Made by a program: the position numbers and the translations under genes
Notes under the pieces: generated by a model
The model's database searches: none
What the model was told of the DNA's origin: nothing
The model's input: the letters and a program-made list of their open reading frames with translations, nothing else
Source: Camelus dromedarius
Taxonomy: Eukaryota
NCBI RefSeq assembly: GCF_036321535.1
Contig: NC_087447.1
Span: 50,532,001-50,596,000 of the forward strand
Length of the DNA stretch: 64,000 nucleotides
Direction: 5' to 3'
In this document: positions 1 through 11,990 of the stretch, one piece after another
Layout: every line of letters begins with the position of its first letter
How positions within the stretch are numbered: the stretch's first letter is position 1

Positions 1-1240
1 TGTTCCAGTCCAGTCCGGCCCGGTCCAGCTCAGCTTGAACTGAACAGAGACACAAGGCAGCCATGAATCAAGCTGCAGGCCCTCAACGAGCCCCATTGTG
101 AAAGCCAATCTGCCCTGTCAACCCCCGGCCTACATCCTCCTCTTCTTCATACAGTTTGGCCTGGGACACTGTTTCAGAAAGACCCTTGTGGCTGCGGAGT
201 GGAGATGGGCAGGAGGACAGACCAAGGCAGGAGGCTCTGTGGGCCCATCTGCTCAGACTTCCTCCGTCATCTCTGCTCTGCTATCCGGAATCTCAGTAGG
301 CTGCAAGGAAGTCAAGTGTCCTGGCCTCCCAGGCTCTGCTGAGAGGCAGGACACAAAGCAGGGCAGGGTCCAACTCTCTCCGTCTGCTCTCCATTAGAAT
401 ATTCCTTGTCTAGTCTGGAATCTGAGTTGCTTGACTCTTCATCAATTCTTCCAAATATTTATACTCAAACCTCAAAAGTCAAATGTTTGCTTCCTTTATT
501 ATCTGTTTTCCAATGGGGCGTGAAGGTTCGATCCTGCAGCCTGGGCAAGGGAAAGGGCATGGGGTTAAAGGAATCGAGGAGGGAAAAATAAACACTTACT
601 AGCTCAAGTATATATGCATAAAATTTCTACTAAAATATATATTTACATATTTTATGTATTATATATTTTACGTATAAATGTATATATTTTATATATAATC
701 CAAAAGAAATACTACAAAAAATGATTAAAAGTCACGTATATATTCTCCATGGTGCTTTAAATGTCCATTCCCCAAAATATCTAACATTAAGATGTATTAT
801 TTTTGTAGTTGAGGAAAAATTGTTATTTTAAAGAAATTATTTAAAGGGCATAACATTTTTTAAAATCTTAAAGTAGGCGTGGAAAGAACCAAGTGCAGGA
901 ATGGAGCTGCAAGTACCTAAAGATGGATGCGTTCGCTCTGGGCGGGGCACAAGCTTTGCTTTTGGCTTCCCCGCAGCCAGTGAGTGTGAGCTGTGCGACC
1001 CGGGTGCTCGAGAGTTTGAAACAGACCAACTGCTCAGAAGGACTGCTATTCTTAGGCCTGAAAGCAGACAGACATTTCTGCCAAGGATCTGTTAGACACA
1101 TATTCTTCATCTGCTTTTGAGCAGAGAGGAAACTGAAACTGAGTGGTAAAATGGCCCAGTGATGCAGCTACAAAGAGGCGGAGCTGGGATTTGAACCCAA
1201 AGAATAGCCCTGCAGAGAGATCCCTCTAAAACATGAGGCC

Positions 1241-1565
1241 TGGGTGAAGGTGGTCAAAAGGTACTAACCTCCAGTTATAGGATAAACACGTGCTGGGAGT
1301 GTAAAGTACCACATGGTGACTACAGTTAATAACACTGTGTTGCATATTTGAAAGATGCTAAGAGAATAGATCTTAAAAGTTCTCATCACAAAAAAAGAAT
1401 CTTTTCTGTAATCACATGTGGTGATGAATGTTAACTAAACTTACTGTGATAATCATTTTGCATATATGTACATATGTCAAATCATTATGTTGTACACTTA
1501 AAATTAATACTATGATCTATGTCAATTACATCTCAATAAAATAAATCAAATCAAATCAAATCAAA
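1241..1565 (+). mobile_element. L1 3' end fragment (L1MA9-like) with (TCAAA)n tail
   Basis: Contains ggtcaaaaggtac...ccagttata, catggtgactacagttaataacactgt and gtcaattacatctcaataaa, followed by an A-rich tail. Confidence 0.8.
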
Positions 1566-2105
1566 TTATGTAACTCTAGGCTCAAAACCTCCAAGGGCTC
1601 CTTAATTCATTTAGGGCAAAAATCAAAGTCCTTACAACGGCCCATTAAGGTCTGGCAAACTGGCCCAGGAATTGCCCTGCCCTCGTGCTCCTGTCCCCTT
1701 TCTCCACCCCAACTGGCCAGGTAGGCTCCACCTTACAGCCTTTGCCCTGGTTGTTCCCCCCGGCCAGGAACAGCCCCCCCCCACAGATTTATTTATGTGG
1801 CTAACTACCTCACCCCTTTAATCCTTGACTCAAATGTCCGCTTCCAAGGAGCCCTAAACCAACCATTCTATTTAAAATTGTAACCCACTCCCCACCCCTC
1901 CCCCCACAAGCCCCCTTGCACTACTCTGTTTTTATCCATAGTGCTTATCACCTCCTAACACCCACTACGTTTGCTCCCTCTACTAGAAGGCAAGTTTCAT
2001 AAGGACAGGATTTGTGACTTTTATTCACAGATGTTACCTAAGTGCCGTCGACAGAACCTGCCACACAGTGGATGCTCACCACGTATTTGTTGAGTGGTTG
2101 AATGA
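1566..2105 (+). mobile_element. L2 3' fragment (L2a-like)
   Basis: Contains ctcaaaacctccaagggctcc...aaagtccttaca and tcaaatgtc, and ends with acacagtggatgctcaccacgtatttgttgagtggttgaatga. Confidence 0.75.
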
Positions 2106-3199
2106 TGCTCAGAGGATGCACCCCACACTGCCTGGCACACAGTGAGTTCTCAGAGAGTGTGGCTCTGTTTATCCTGTGACAGTCAGGCTGAGGGCCACTT
2201 CCTATGCACCTGTTATGTTGGGCCAGATCTTGTGTTAGCACTGGTGATGGTAAAGCCCTGTCATCAAGGGCTTCGCGTTCTGATGGGGAACACATGCTAA
2301 TAACAAAAGTGGGGAACATATGCCAATAACACATGCCAATGCCAAGAAAAATGTTTTATTGGAAAAAGAAAGGAAATGTTAAGATAAGGGAGAATTCATG
2401 TGTCAAAGTCACACTTGACACTTTTATACAAATTTTCTCACTAAATGCTCATAAGACCCACAGCTAGGTATGAACAGCCCCATTTTATACATGAATAAAC
2501 TGAGGCTCTGTGGGTCAGGTGGCCTGCCTGAAGGCAGATTAATGAGGGAGTCATTCTGACTCAGGGAGATCTGGGGGGAGTCAAAGCAGAGCTGGCAGCT
2601 GAAAGATGAGCAGGATAGTAACAGAAAGAGAAGGCTGGACTGCACATCCCAGGGGGCAAGGACAGCGGGAGCCAAGACACAGATGTGGTGGCTTGAGGGT
2701 GTGTTCAAGGGCAGGCAGAGTCAGGTAAAGGCTGATCTGTCTGGCTTACCACTCTGGCCCATGCTCAGGTAGGTCTGGAGCCCAATCTGGGGGTAGAATG
2801 TGCCAGACTCACTGCATAAATGGGGTGAAGGCTGTAGTCATGGAAATAGCCTCACCCTTGGCCCCAGCCCACCTTGGCAGGACCAGCCCCCCAGCTCCTG
2901 GTCTCCCTGGGCCTGCCCCACGCTGCAGCTTCCCTAGGTTTGGAACTCTGGCTCCACAGCACCCCCTGGCCACTTGATCAAGAGCCTATAAAATCAACTT
3001 TCAGACCCTTTCACTGAATCTGCTGTGAGCCTAAGGATAACTGAAAAGCAGGCTGGCCCTTTGCCCCTGCTCCTTAGCAGTTTGGGCTTAAACGGGGCAA
3101 CTGGCCTCATGTAAGGATAAGGATTGATCCTTTTATACTGAATATTTTTTCTTATAATTCTTATGGTATGATTATTATCATTTATGAAAAGGCTTAGAT

Positions 3200-3370
3200 T
3201 TATGGAGCACTAACTATGCACTTTTACAGTCTTTAATTTCATCCTCATAACAACCTTGCCAGGTAAGATACCTCTCAGTAAAACGGAGATACCTCTCCGT
3301 TTTACTGAGGCCCCATGATTTATGCAAAGCTGCTATTGAGCAGCGACTGAGACTCAATCATCCATACCCT
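3200..3370 (-). mobile_element. MIR relic containing a perfect inverted repeat
   Basis: MIR-like text (ttcatcctcataacaacctt...ggta...ttttactgaggccc...) interrupted by the hairpin at 3274-3309. Confidence 0.6.
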
Positions 3371-4324
3371 CATCCCTTCATTTATTTACTCTTCAATTCT
3401 TTTTGAGTATTGCTCCACCCCACCCCCACCCCATGCCAGTCTGAGAAGGTATATAGATGGCATTTGACACAGATCCCCTGACTCCAAGCTCTTTCCTTTC
3501 TCAGGCATTCAGAGTCCATTTCAAGTAACACGTACTGTGCACCTTCAGTGTGGGGTGTTTTATCCATGTCTTAACATTTGCTTCGCATAACAGTGCACCA
3601 GGAGGGAATCTGTTGTCCCATTTTACAAGAAAGAAAACAGAGGTTCAGAAAGGGGAAGTGATTTGCCTCAGACGACCCCACCAGGGAGGGGCAGAGCCCA
3701 GGATTCAACAGGGAGGAATCTTACATGTTCAATTCCCACCTCAGATTTCACATTCCAGCCTCACATTTGCTCCTGGGTTCTCTTACATCCCTCTGGCTGG
3801 GGCCTGGGGTCTAATTCCTCTCAACTGAAGCAGCCCTGATATCTAATAGTCCAGCTCCCAGCAGGCTCTGCGGGAGGAGGCCAGCAGAGGAAAGCAGCCC
3901 CTTGGGGAGCCCATGAGTGCAGCCCTTGTTTGGGGGGGCCGCTCTGTAGCCAGGGCGCCAGAGCCTGTCAGCAATAGGAACGGGGCGGGGCTGCCTTACA
4001 CAGGTCGGGTCAGGATGAGGTCTCTCCAGGCTGGAAAAGGCCCAGGCAACCCTGGCCATGGGTCACGGCCATCCCCCTCCCCTTCAGGAAGCCATGCTAG
4101 GATGCTGTGAGTCCAGCGTGTTTCCCACAACTGTGTCGGGTTGCTGTCCTGAAGCACCGCCTGACTTGGCGGGGAGGGAGGTGGGGTGGGAATTCTGGCT
4201 GGGGCTGGCCTGAGTCACGAGCCAGGAAGAGGCTTTGGGAAAAACTGAGACCACCCCTCAGCCGGGTTAAGGAGGTGAAGGCCTGTGGAAGGGAAGGGGG
4301 CCTCAAGGGTAGGAAAGGGGTCTG

Positions 4325-4520
4325 GAGAGAAGAAATGAGAGAGAAGAACACAGAAAAAAAAACAAGACAAGGAGAGAGGGACACGAAGATACGAAGACCC
4401 AGTGGAGAGAGAAAAAAGAAAGCCAGAGGCACAGAGGCCAAAAGACACACACACACAGAGAAAGGAGAGAGGGACACAGTGACGAGGGGAGAACAGAACA
4501 CAGAAAAAGAGAGAAGGAAA
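4325..4520. repeat. GA-rich low-complexity purine tract
   Basis: Almost entirely G/A with ACAC runs. It explains the stop-free 259 aa and 299 aa ORFs on opposite strands. Confidence 0.8.
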
Positions 4521-4999
4521 GGGGGATTCCCACCTCCCTTCCCTCGGGGGCGTGGGTGCAGGGAGAGGCCGTGGGCAGCTCCCCAGCTGGGGCTAAGCTG
4601 CCGGCCTGCTCGGCTCAGAGAAAGAGGCAGGGACTGCTCCCATCTGGAAGCAGTCAGGGTCCCTCCAGGAGGAGGGTGTGGGGAGGGAGCCAGACATGAG
4701 CCATGTCTGGAAAGAGGAAGCGTCAGGATTTTGCAAAGGCTGAGTTCGCAGGCGGCAGGGAGGTTGCATAGGCTGGCTTCTCTGGTCTGGTATTTCTCAG
4801 TGGGCAGAGAGGACAGAGCTCCAGCCCATCCCAGTCTATCTTGGGCTCTGCAGGAGGACTGGGTGGGTGAGGCTGTCAGAGAGTAGCCCACCCCCACCTC
4901 TTCGTAGATGGAAAACAGAGGCAAAAGGCAGGAAGACATCTGGCCCAAGGTCACACAGTTTCCAAGCCTTCTATAAAGGCAGCCCCTCTCCCTCACTCA

Positions 5000-5330
5000 T
5001 CCATTTAGTCACTCATTTATTCAACAAGCATGAACTGAACACCTGCCATGTGCTAAGTACCCTGTGAGGTCCTAGGGGTAGACTGAGGAAGAGCAGAAGC
5101 CTCAGGCTCCCCAGAGCTCACAGTCCGATGGGGGAGGCAACCGTGAAAACACGGTGTGCTAAATGCTGTGATGAAGGAAAGCTCTGGGGTGTGGAAGCCA
5201 GTCTGGGGTTCAAGGACAGCTCCCTGAGGGGGGCTACCAGGGCAGATTGAGAGGTGAGTAGGAGCCTTCTGGGAGGAGAGGGGAGGGAGAGCATGCCAGG
5301 CAGAGGGACACTGTACCAACGAAGTGCAAA
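5000..5330 (-). mobile_element. L2 fragment
   Basis: cattcatt-like start (catccatttagtcactcatttattcaacaagca), then cacctgccatgtgcta and gagctcacagtccgatgggggaggca. Confidence 0.65.
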
Positions 5331-6014
5331 TGCATCAGGGTCACAAAATTCAGCTCACTGTGCACGCCATGGCACCAGGGAAGTTTAATTATTTTGTTTG
5401 TTACTACTAATCTGACTTCCTCCCAAACCACTCCCACCTTGGTCAGCAGGAAAAAATTACATAATGTCCTCTAATATGGTTTTCAAGCTCAGTCTGAGCT
5501 GATCATTTAAACAATCTCTTTCCGTAAAGTTCAGTTGGCCTTGTATAAAAACGCTCCATCCCTCAGATAGCTTCCATCTCCTTCTGCCTCCCCAGCTGTG
5601 TGCGTGAGGGGGGGGGTACTTAATGTGAGCGACCAGGCCGGTAGAGGAAGAGGCAGGTGCCGTCCTTAGTCCATACTGCCTGCCTCTCAGGGACAATGCT
5701 GGGTTCCTCACGGGAGGTCTCTGGCCCAGGCCACGCCCCCAGTGGTGGCCCTGGCTGATCTGGCTCTGCAGAACCAGTCTCTGCCTTGTTGCCCTTGTAG
5801 CCCCCTGCCCAGTCCTCTACCCTCCCAGACCTTTTAGCTCACTGGCTCAATTCAGTCTCCAGGTCACTTGGAATGCAGGACAGCCCAGGGAAGCACAGGC
5901 TCAGGCCTGCCTCTCCTGGACTGCAGCGTCAGTCCAAGCTTACAGGGTGGCAGGCCCCTGCTTTTGCATGGTATCGCATAGAATGAAGGGACCATCTCCT
6001 CTTCTTGTACCTTT

Positions 6015-6640
6015 TCCTCCACTTTTTCCCTATTATGAACAATCCTGCACTAAACATCTTTGTACCATCCTCTTTGTGCACATGTGCAGGTGTTTCGCTG
6101 GGGTGGATTCCAGGAGGTAAATTGCTGGGTCAAGTAAACCAAGATATGTGTATTTTCCACTCTGATAGAGTCTATTAGTTGGCCTCCAGAAAGGCTACAC
6201 CAGGTTACATTGCCAGCAGCTCTCGTCCACATTGGATATCATCAGTATTTTTCAAAATTTATCAACCTTATAGACGAAAACTAATTTCCTGTTGAGTGTT
6301 CATTTTGAATTTTCATTTCCCCCAAGTGCAGGAAGGCAAGAATCTTCGCATGCCTAAATCTTTGTTATTTCTTTTGTGACTATCCTGTTCAAACACTTTG
6401 CGCAGTTTTCTATTGGGCGGTCTATCTTTTCTTGTTGATTTACAAGAGTTCTCTCTATTTTCCAGGCATTGTTCTCTTCTTATATATATGATAAATATTC
6501 TTCCTGATTCGTCATTTGTGTTTTAACATTACAATGTCTCTTTTTTTGCCAAAGAGGATCCTAATTAATATGTGGTCAAATGTAGCAAACTCATTGTTTA
6601 AGACTGTTGTCTTCTATTTTTTCTAAATTAAACTTAAAAT
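6015..6640 (-). mobile_element. Old L1 (L1M) ORF2/3' fragment, antisense
   Basis: Contains aacatctttgtac...aattgctgggtcaa, tcctgttcaaacactttgcgcagttttctattggg and ttcttgttgatttacaagagttct. Confidence 0.75.
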
Positions 6641-8416
6641 TTGCCCAGTTCTCCTGAATTCTCTCCCACACAAGAGACTTAGTGACTCACAAGGGACTTA
6701 GTCCAACTTTCCCAGGCAATGTGAAAGCACCTGTGTCCAAGCAGCTGCTGTCACTGTTGCCCGTCTGCCACCGGCATTACCTCACAGAAACCTGGCCCCC
6801 TCAAGACCCAATAGTCAGAGCAGGGCCCTCTGCCAGGCCACATGTTCCTCTGAGGCACCATCCCATTGCCTCCATACCTAGCTCAGATAAGGGCGCCCAG
6901 CATCTGGGCTACCTGCCTGGCAGGTCTGCCTGCTTGGCCCACAGCTATGGGTGGTTCAGGCAGGTAGGGCTTGGCCTCCTTTCTTCCTCAGATAAGACTT
7001 AAGTCCTTTATTCTCCTCTGGAATCTGGCAGCTTTTTGTTTTCAGCCTACAAAACACTCTAATTTCACTCTGTCTCCCTGACCACACTGCTGGCCCCACC
7101 CAGGGATGGCTTTTCTCAATGCCTCTGTCCCCACCCCTGTCAAAGAGTGGGCTGTGTTTCCCAGAGCCAGGCAGAGGATGAACCTCCAGCATCTGCCTCA
7201 CTCTCTCGCCACACCTCACACCCCAGAGGGTCCTCTTTCTCAGTTTTCACTCCCAGGCAACCCCAGAGCTGGGGATTCAGGTTGTTTCCAGTGTCTGTCT
7301 TCTCAAAAACCCTGACCCACCCCTCCTCCCCCGAGGACCCCTCCCTCTCCTAGGACAGCAGGGGCCCCTCTGCAGCAACATTCTAAGGAAGGCCACACTT
7401 GGGGATTCCAAGATCATTTTCTGCCTCAAACTTCTCTCACTGAAAAAAATTATAACTTAATTCCTTGTAGCACAGTCCTTCCAAGAGCTGCTCATCTGAA
7501 TTCTAGGGTGACCACTAACATGCATATAGACATTCAGAGTAGCACCCATCAGCCACTGTACCTGAAATGTCACCATATGTATACATGATTCCATCATCTT
7601 TCTGGGGCTCTTCCTTTAAATGCAAACATATGCAGCTCTTTCTACCTTAGTATAAATGAGCTTATTGTTGGGTTCCCTTGTGACAAGGAAGACCATGGCT
7701 ACCAGACAGCCCAGATTTCCCAGGATTTTCAGGGACAGCCTGATTCTAAATATTAAAGTATTATATTAATTGATATCATATACCCAAAATTTGTACTCCC
7801 TTTATGTCATTCTGTTCTTTTCAATGAAGTGATTTGTTAAGTGTGTAACTACATATAGTTTAATTTTTATAACTTACTGACACTTAACCCTGATCCAGTC
7901 CCTGAGCTAGGGCTAGGGATACGAGAACAAAGACATTGTCCTTTGATTCAGGACCAAGTTCATGGCCACAGGGGAGGAAGAGTGGGCAACAACTGTAACC
8001 AGCCTGGCCAAAGCTCTGAGGATGGCACGGGGAAGGGGACAGGAGTCTCCAGTTGCAGCCTCTTCCCAGACTCGCCGATGCTTAGAGCTAGAGGTCCCAG
8101 CAGCCTCTCTACAGCTTAGGAAGGAGGCAGGCCCAGAGGAAAGCAGGAACGCCTTCAAGGGCACACAGCTGAGCTAGAGAAGTCAGGTCTTTGGTAAGTG
8201 GGCTCTGCCTACCTCCCCAAGTATTACAGGAGCCCTGGAAGTTCTGGGACTGTGACTTGCTCCCACATGGCTGGGCTTTGTTTGTTCATCATAACATGAT
8301 GATGTTAATAAGAACAAGGTGCTGAGCCTCTCCTCGGCCCTAAGCTGGGCCCTTCATGCCCTGACTACCACTCCTATCCACAAAAGACAAGTATAATCCT
8401 AAGAATAATTGGTCAA

Positions 8417-8446
8417 GGGGGGAGGATATAGCTCAGTGGTAGAGTG
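8417..8446 (+). mobile_element. 5' stub of a tRNA-Ala-derived SINE (camelid Vic-type), truncated
   Basis: GGGGGGAGGATATAGCTCAGTGGTAGAGTG contains a Pol III A box (TAGCTCAGTGG, 8429-8439). No B box or tail follows. Confidence 0.7.
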
Positions 8447-9769
8447 TGGTGGCCTCATGTGGGCTGGCAGTGGGGACCCAGGGAAGAACCCAACAGCCTC
8501 GGTACACCCCCCAGTCTGTCTTACTGAATTATCATTACCTGTTTCGCCCCTAGTCTCCCCACCAGCCTGAACCCAGGTGAGGCTGGACCCCGGTAAGGGC
8601 AGGACCCAGGTGGCACAGGGCACATGGAAGGGCCTCCTTAAATAGTTGTTCAATGTTAAATGAATGGGTAAATAAATGAATGACTAGCCATGATCCCCAG
8701 GAACAAGATGCTCTCAGCTCCACTGGGAGCCCATTTCTCTGGAGGGAACAGGGTGGAGGTAGTGAACAGCTGGCCCCCTCAATCTCCTGCTACCGGGCAG
8801 GCCCTATCCATTGGAGAGGCCACGAGCCTTCCTGCATAAGCCTGGGCTCCAAACCAGGTGCTGGGAGATCCCTGGGTCTGGAAATTCCCTCGTGCCTGAC
8901 ACTGGGCTTTCCTGTTCCACCCCACCTCCCGCACTGGCCTGGACAGTCTCAGCACCATTTCTTGGAAAGACATTGGCTCATGAACACAAGTTATGGAATT
9001 CACACAGGAAGTGGCCATATAAGCAAGGGGGACGGACCCTGACTGAAGAGCCAAGAACTCCAGGTTCTGACTCCCACTCCAGTAAACGCAGGCATGGGCT
9101 GCAGGGTCGGACGGACCTGGGTTCGACTCCAGCTCTACTGCTTAGGTGTTGTCAGATTTCCGGCAAGTCACTCACCTTGCTGAGCCCTGCCTTCTCTTTT
9201 TAAGAAGGGATTATAGTGAGGATTATATGAGGAGCCGGTAGGACTGACATGCAAAGATTCTAACTTACTGGTTGGTAAAGAGCTGTGCTGCTCAGAGTCT
9301 CCTGGGTGCTCTTCCCACCCAGCACATCACCCCTTCCCCCACAATCCAGCAACTAAAGAGTTAACATCTCACCCAGTAGAAGATCTCCAGGGCCCTGGTG
9401 ACCCTTCCGATTGGTTGGTGTCCATATTAAACTAAAGAGTGTGAGCAAATGCTTTGTAAACTGCCAGGTACTGGTTAATCCCCAGATGTCTTATGGGCAA
9501 GGCATGTTCTCCACTCCCAAACTGAACTGAGCCCTATTAACTCCATCTGAGAAATTGGCTCCACCTCTACCCAGATGCTCTAGGTGGCTTCCATCCCCAG
9601 TCCCTCAACATTCCTCTGCTAAGTTGGCACAACCTCCTCACTGGGCTCTGGGCTCCAGTCTCTCCCTCCATTTCATTCCCACACTGGGCAGAGCCACTTC
9701 TGAAAGCAGGGGTCTCTCTTTGACCCCTCAATGAGATGTCCACCGTCACTGACATCCCTCAGTGATGGC

Positions 9770-10195
9770 TGTCACAGGTTGGGTTCCTGGGGAAGGAGAT
9801 TCTGAGATGACTATTTGCTGGCAGGAGGTTTATTGGGGTTTGAGCTCAAGATCAGAACCTGAGGAAACAACTGAAGCGGAACTGGGCAGAGGAACAAGTT
9901 AGGCGGTTATGTAGGCCCCGCGAAGGCCTCAGCCCAGCTCTCCAGGAGCTCTGGAGCTGGCATGATTTTTCACAATTGCACAGCTGGTGGTCATTATACC
10001 CTTATATGGACCAGTCATTGGAGGCAGGCTGGTCCCGGGAGGGGGAGTGACATTAGATGAGGAAGGTCTCCTCGGCCCAAGGCAATGGGGGGAAGGGAGT
10101 CTCAGCGGGGAGCTGCCAGCCATCAGAGCGGGGCATGGTCCAGTCTGTGAGGGGAGGCACAGGTTTCTGGGGAGTGCACCACAGAGCTCACTGCA
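9770..10195 (-). mobile_element. ERVL LTR (LTR16-like)
   Basis: TG...CA ends. tgtcacaggttgggttcctggggaaggagattctgagatg...ggaggtttattgggg (antisense AATAAA)...ctgggcagagg resembles the LTR16 family. Confidence 0.65.
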
Positions 10196-11809
10196 AAAGT
10201 GCCTTGGGTCCAGTAGATCTCAGGAATGTTCGTTGTCTGATGAAAAGAATCAACTTTCCATTGCCTTTAAGGCAAATTTTGAATGTCTGCTCGGTACCCA
10301 AGGCTCTTCATGATCTGTTCCTAACACCCTCTCTACTCAGCACTCTGCTCTCACCCCTCCCCACGCGCTCCCAACTTTCTAACCATATTCTAACCTTCCT
10401 GCAGTCTCCCAAGCTCAGCATGCTATTTCACACCTCTCTGCTTTTGCACATGTTATTTCATCTGCCTGGAATGCCTTTAAAGGGAAAATGAAACCCTTTT
10501 CTCTTCTTCCAGCCCATTCCTACTCCTCCATCAAGACTTTGGCTAAATTCTGCCTCCTCTGGGAAACCTTCTGCTACTTCCTCCAAACCTTGTGCTCCCA
10601 CCATGCCCAGGGTGCAGACACTGGGTGCCAATCTGCATGAGATCTTCATCCAGGCTCAGATCCACAGCGCCTGGTGCCATGAGGGCCCTGGATTACTCAG
10701 GATGCACTTGTGGAAGCAGAGTAGGAGAGTCTCAGGGAATGGCAGCCAGCAAGTGCAAAGCCTGGAACAAAGAAATGTACCAGCCTGCTGGGAGAGGGCC
10801 CTGCAGGGTCTTATCCTGCCCACATAACCGTTGTTGTCATTCTTCTCCACTCACTGCCATCATCACCATCATCATCGTTGTCATCAAGGTCACGCTGTTG
10901 AGTACTTACAATATACCAGGCTGTGTGCCAAATGTTTTACAGACACACTTCCCTTTAATCCTTATTTTATCCTCACTATTAATAATCCCCAGTAGTAGGT
11001 ACTATTATTATCACTACTTTACAGATATGGAAACTGAAGTTCAGGAAGTTAAGGGTTCGGCCCAAGGTCACACAGCTGGTTAATGGCCTGTCTGACCCAA
11101 GGACTTAATTCATCTCACCAGCAGGCAACTGACCGCACTGATCTCATCCCTCCCTGCCCCTCCCGACCAATCACTGTCTGCAGAAACTCCTCTCCTAAAT
11201 GAGAGGACATCTCACTAAGATGATGCAGGGTGGGCCCAGCTGCAACCCCAAGAGGCTTGGGAGGGGTCTTGGGAGAGGCTGGGAGAGCACATGCAGAATC
11301 ACATCGGCCCTTCTAGATCAGACCAAGACGGCATTTGATTTGGCTACACTTACAAGTGGTGCTTGGAGGGCTTGTCCCCTCCTCCAGTCTGTGAAGAGCG
11401 CATCTGAAGCCCTGAAAGGAAAGAGCCCCATCCAAGGTCACACTGCATGTCAGGGGCCAGCCCAGGATACAGCCTGGACTCGGGGCCCCCAGACCAGGGC
11501 TCTACCCGTTGCCAGGCCACTGCAGCAAAGACCACCTTTGAGGGGATATTTGAGGGCTCAGGGAAGAGCGCCTCCTCACCCGCACAAAGACGTTCCTCCC
11601 AAGGCTGCTGGTGATGCCTGGAATTCCTCCACAGCGATGAGCCTCCTGACTCTCCACTCAGGTCCAAAGCCTCCACCCAAGCTGGGAACCTCCCGCCCCA
11701 CTCCCTCGCCTTAGGAAATGCACAAGTGTCTGGTTCTCAGGAAGCTCTGGGAGGGAGCAGACCCCAAACCCGATCCTGACAGGGACAGATGAACAAATGA
11801 GAGGCAGCA

Positions 11810-11990
11810 TAACTTAGCAAGAGGCTTTTAGTTTTAATCAGGCTCCAAGCGTACTGACCATGTGAACTTTGGGAAGATATCTGGTTGTTCTGGGCCTCAG
11901 TTTCCTCATCTGCAAAATGGGAATAAGCGTTATTATCTGGCAGCATTGTTGTGGGGATTCAATGAGATAGATATTAAGGATATTTGATGA
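11810..11990 (+). mobile_element. MIR
   Basis: MIR core: tgtgaactttgggaag...ctgggcctcagtttcctcatctgcaaaatgggaataa...gttgtggggattcaatgagat. Confidence 0.75.

Noticed and set aside
5..45. Degenerate pentamer run (CCAGT/CCGGC/CCAGC/TCAGC) resembling Ig switch repeats
   Set aside because: Only about 40 bp at the window edge, with no Ig context and too short to interpret.
4097..4996. Overlapping 299 aa (-) and 259 aa (+) ORFs
   Set aside because: They are products of a GA-rich low-complexity tract lacking stop codons, with biased composition (E/K/R versus L/S/F) and no recognisable domain.
8417..8490. tRNA-Ala gene
   Set aside because: Only the acceptor/D-arm-like 5' part is present. There is no anticodon arm, T arm or B box.
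9743..9768. 10-bp stem-loop next to the LTR16-like element
   Set aside because: Short, includes a G-T pair, and is plausible by chance in 64 kb.
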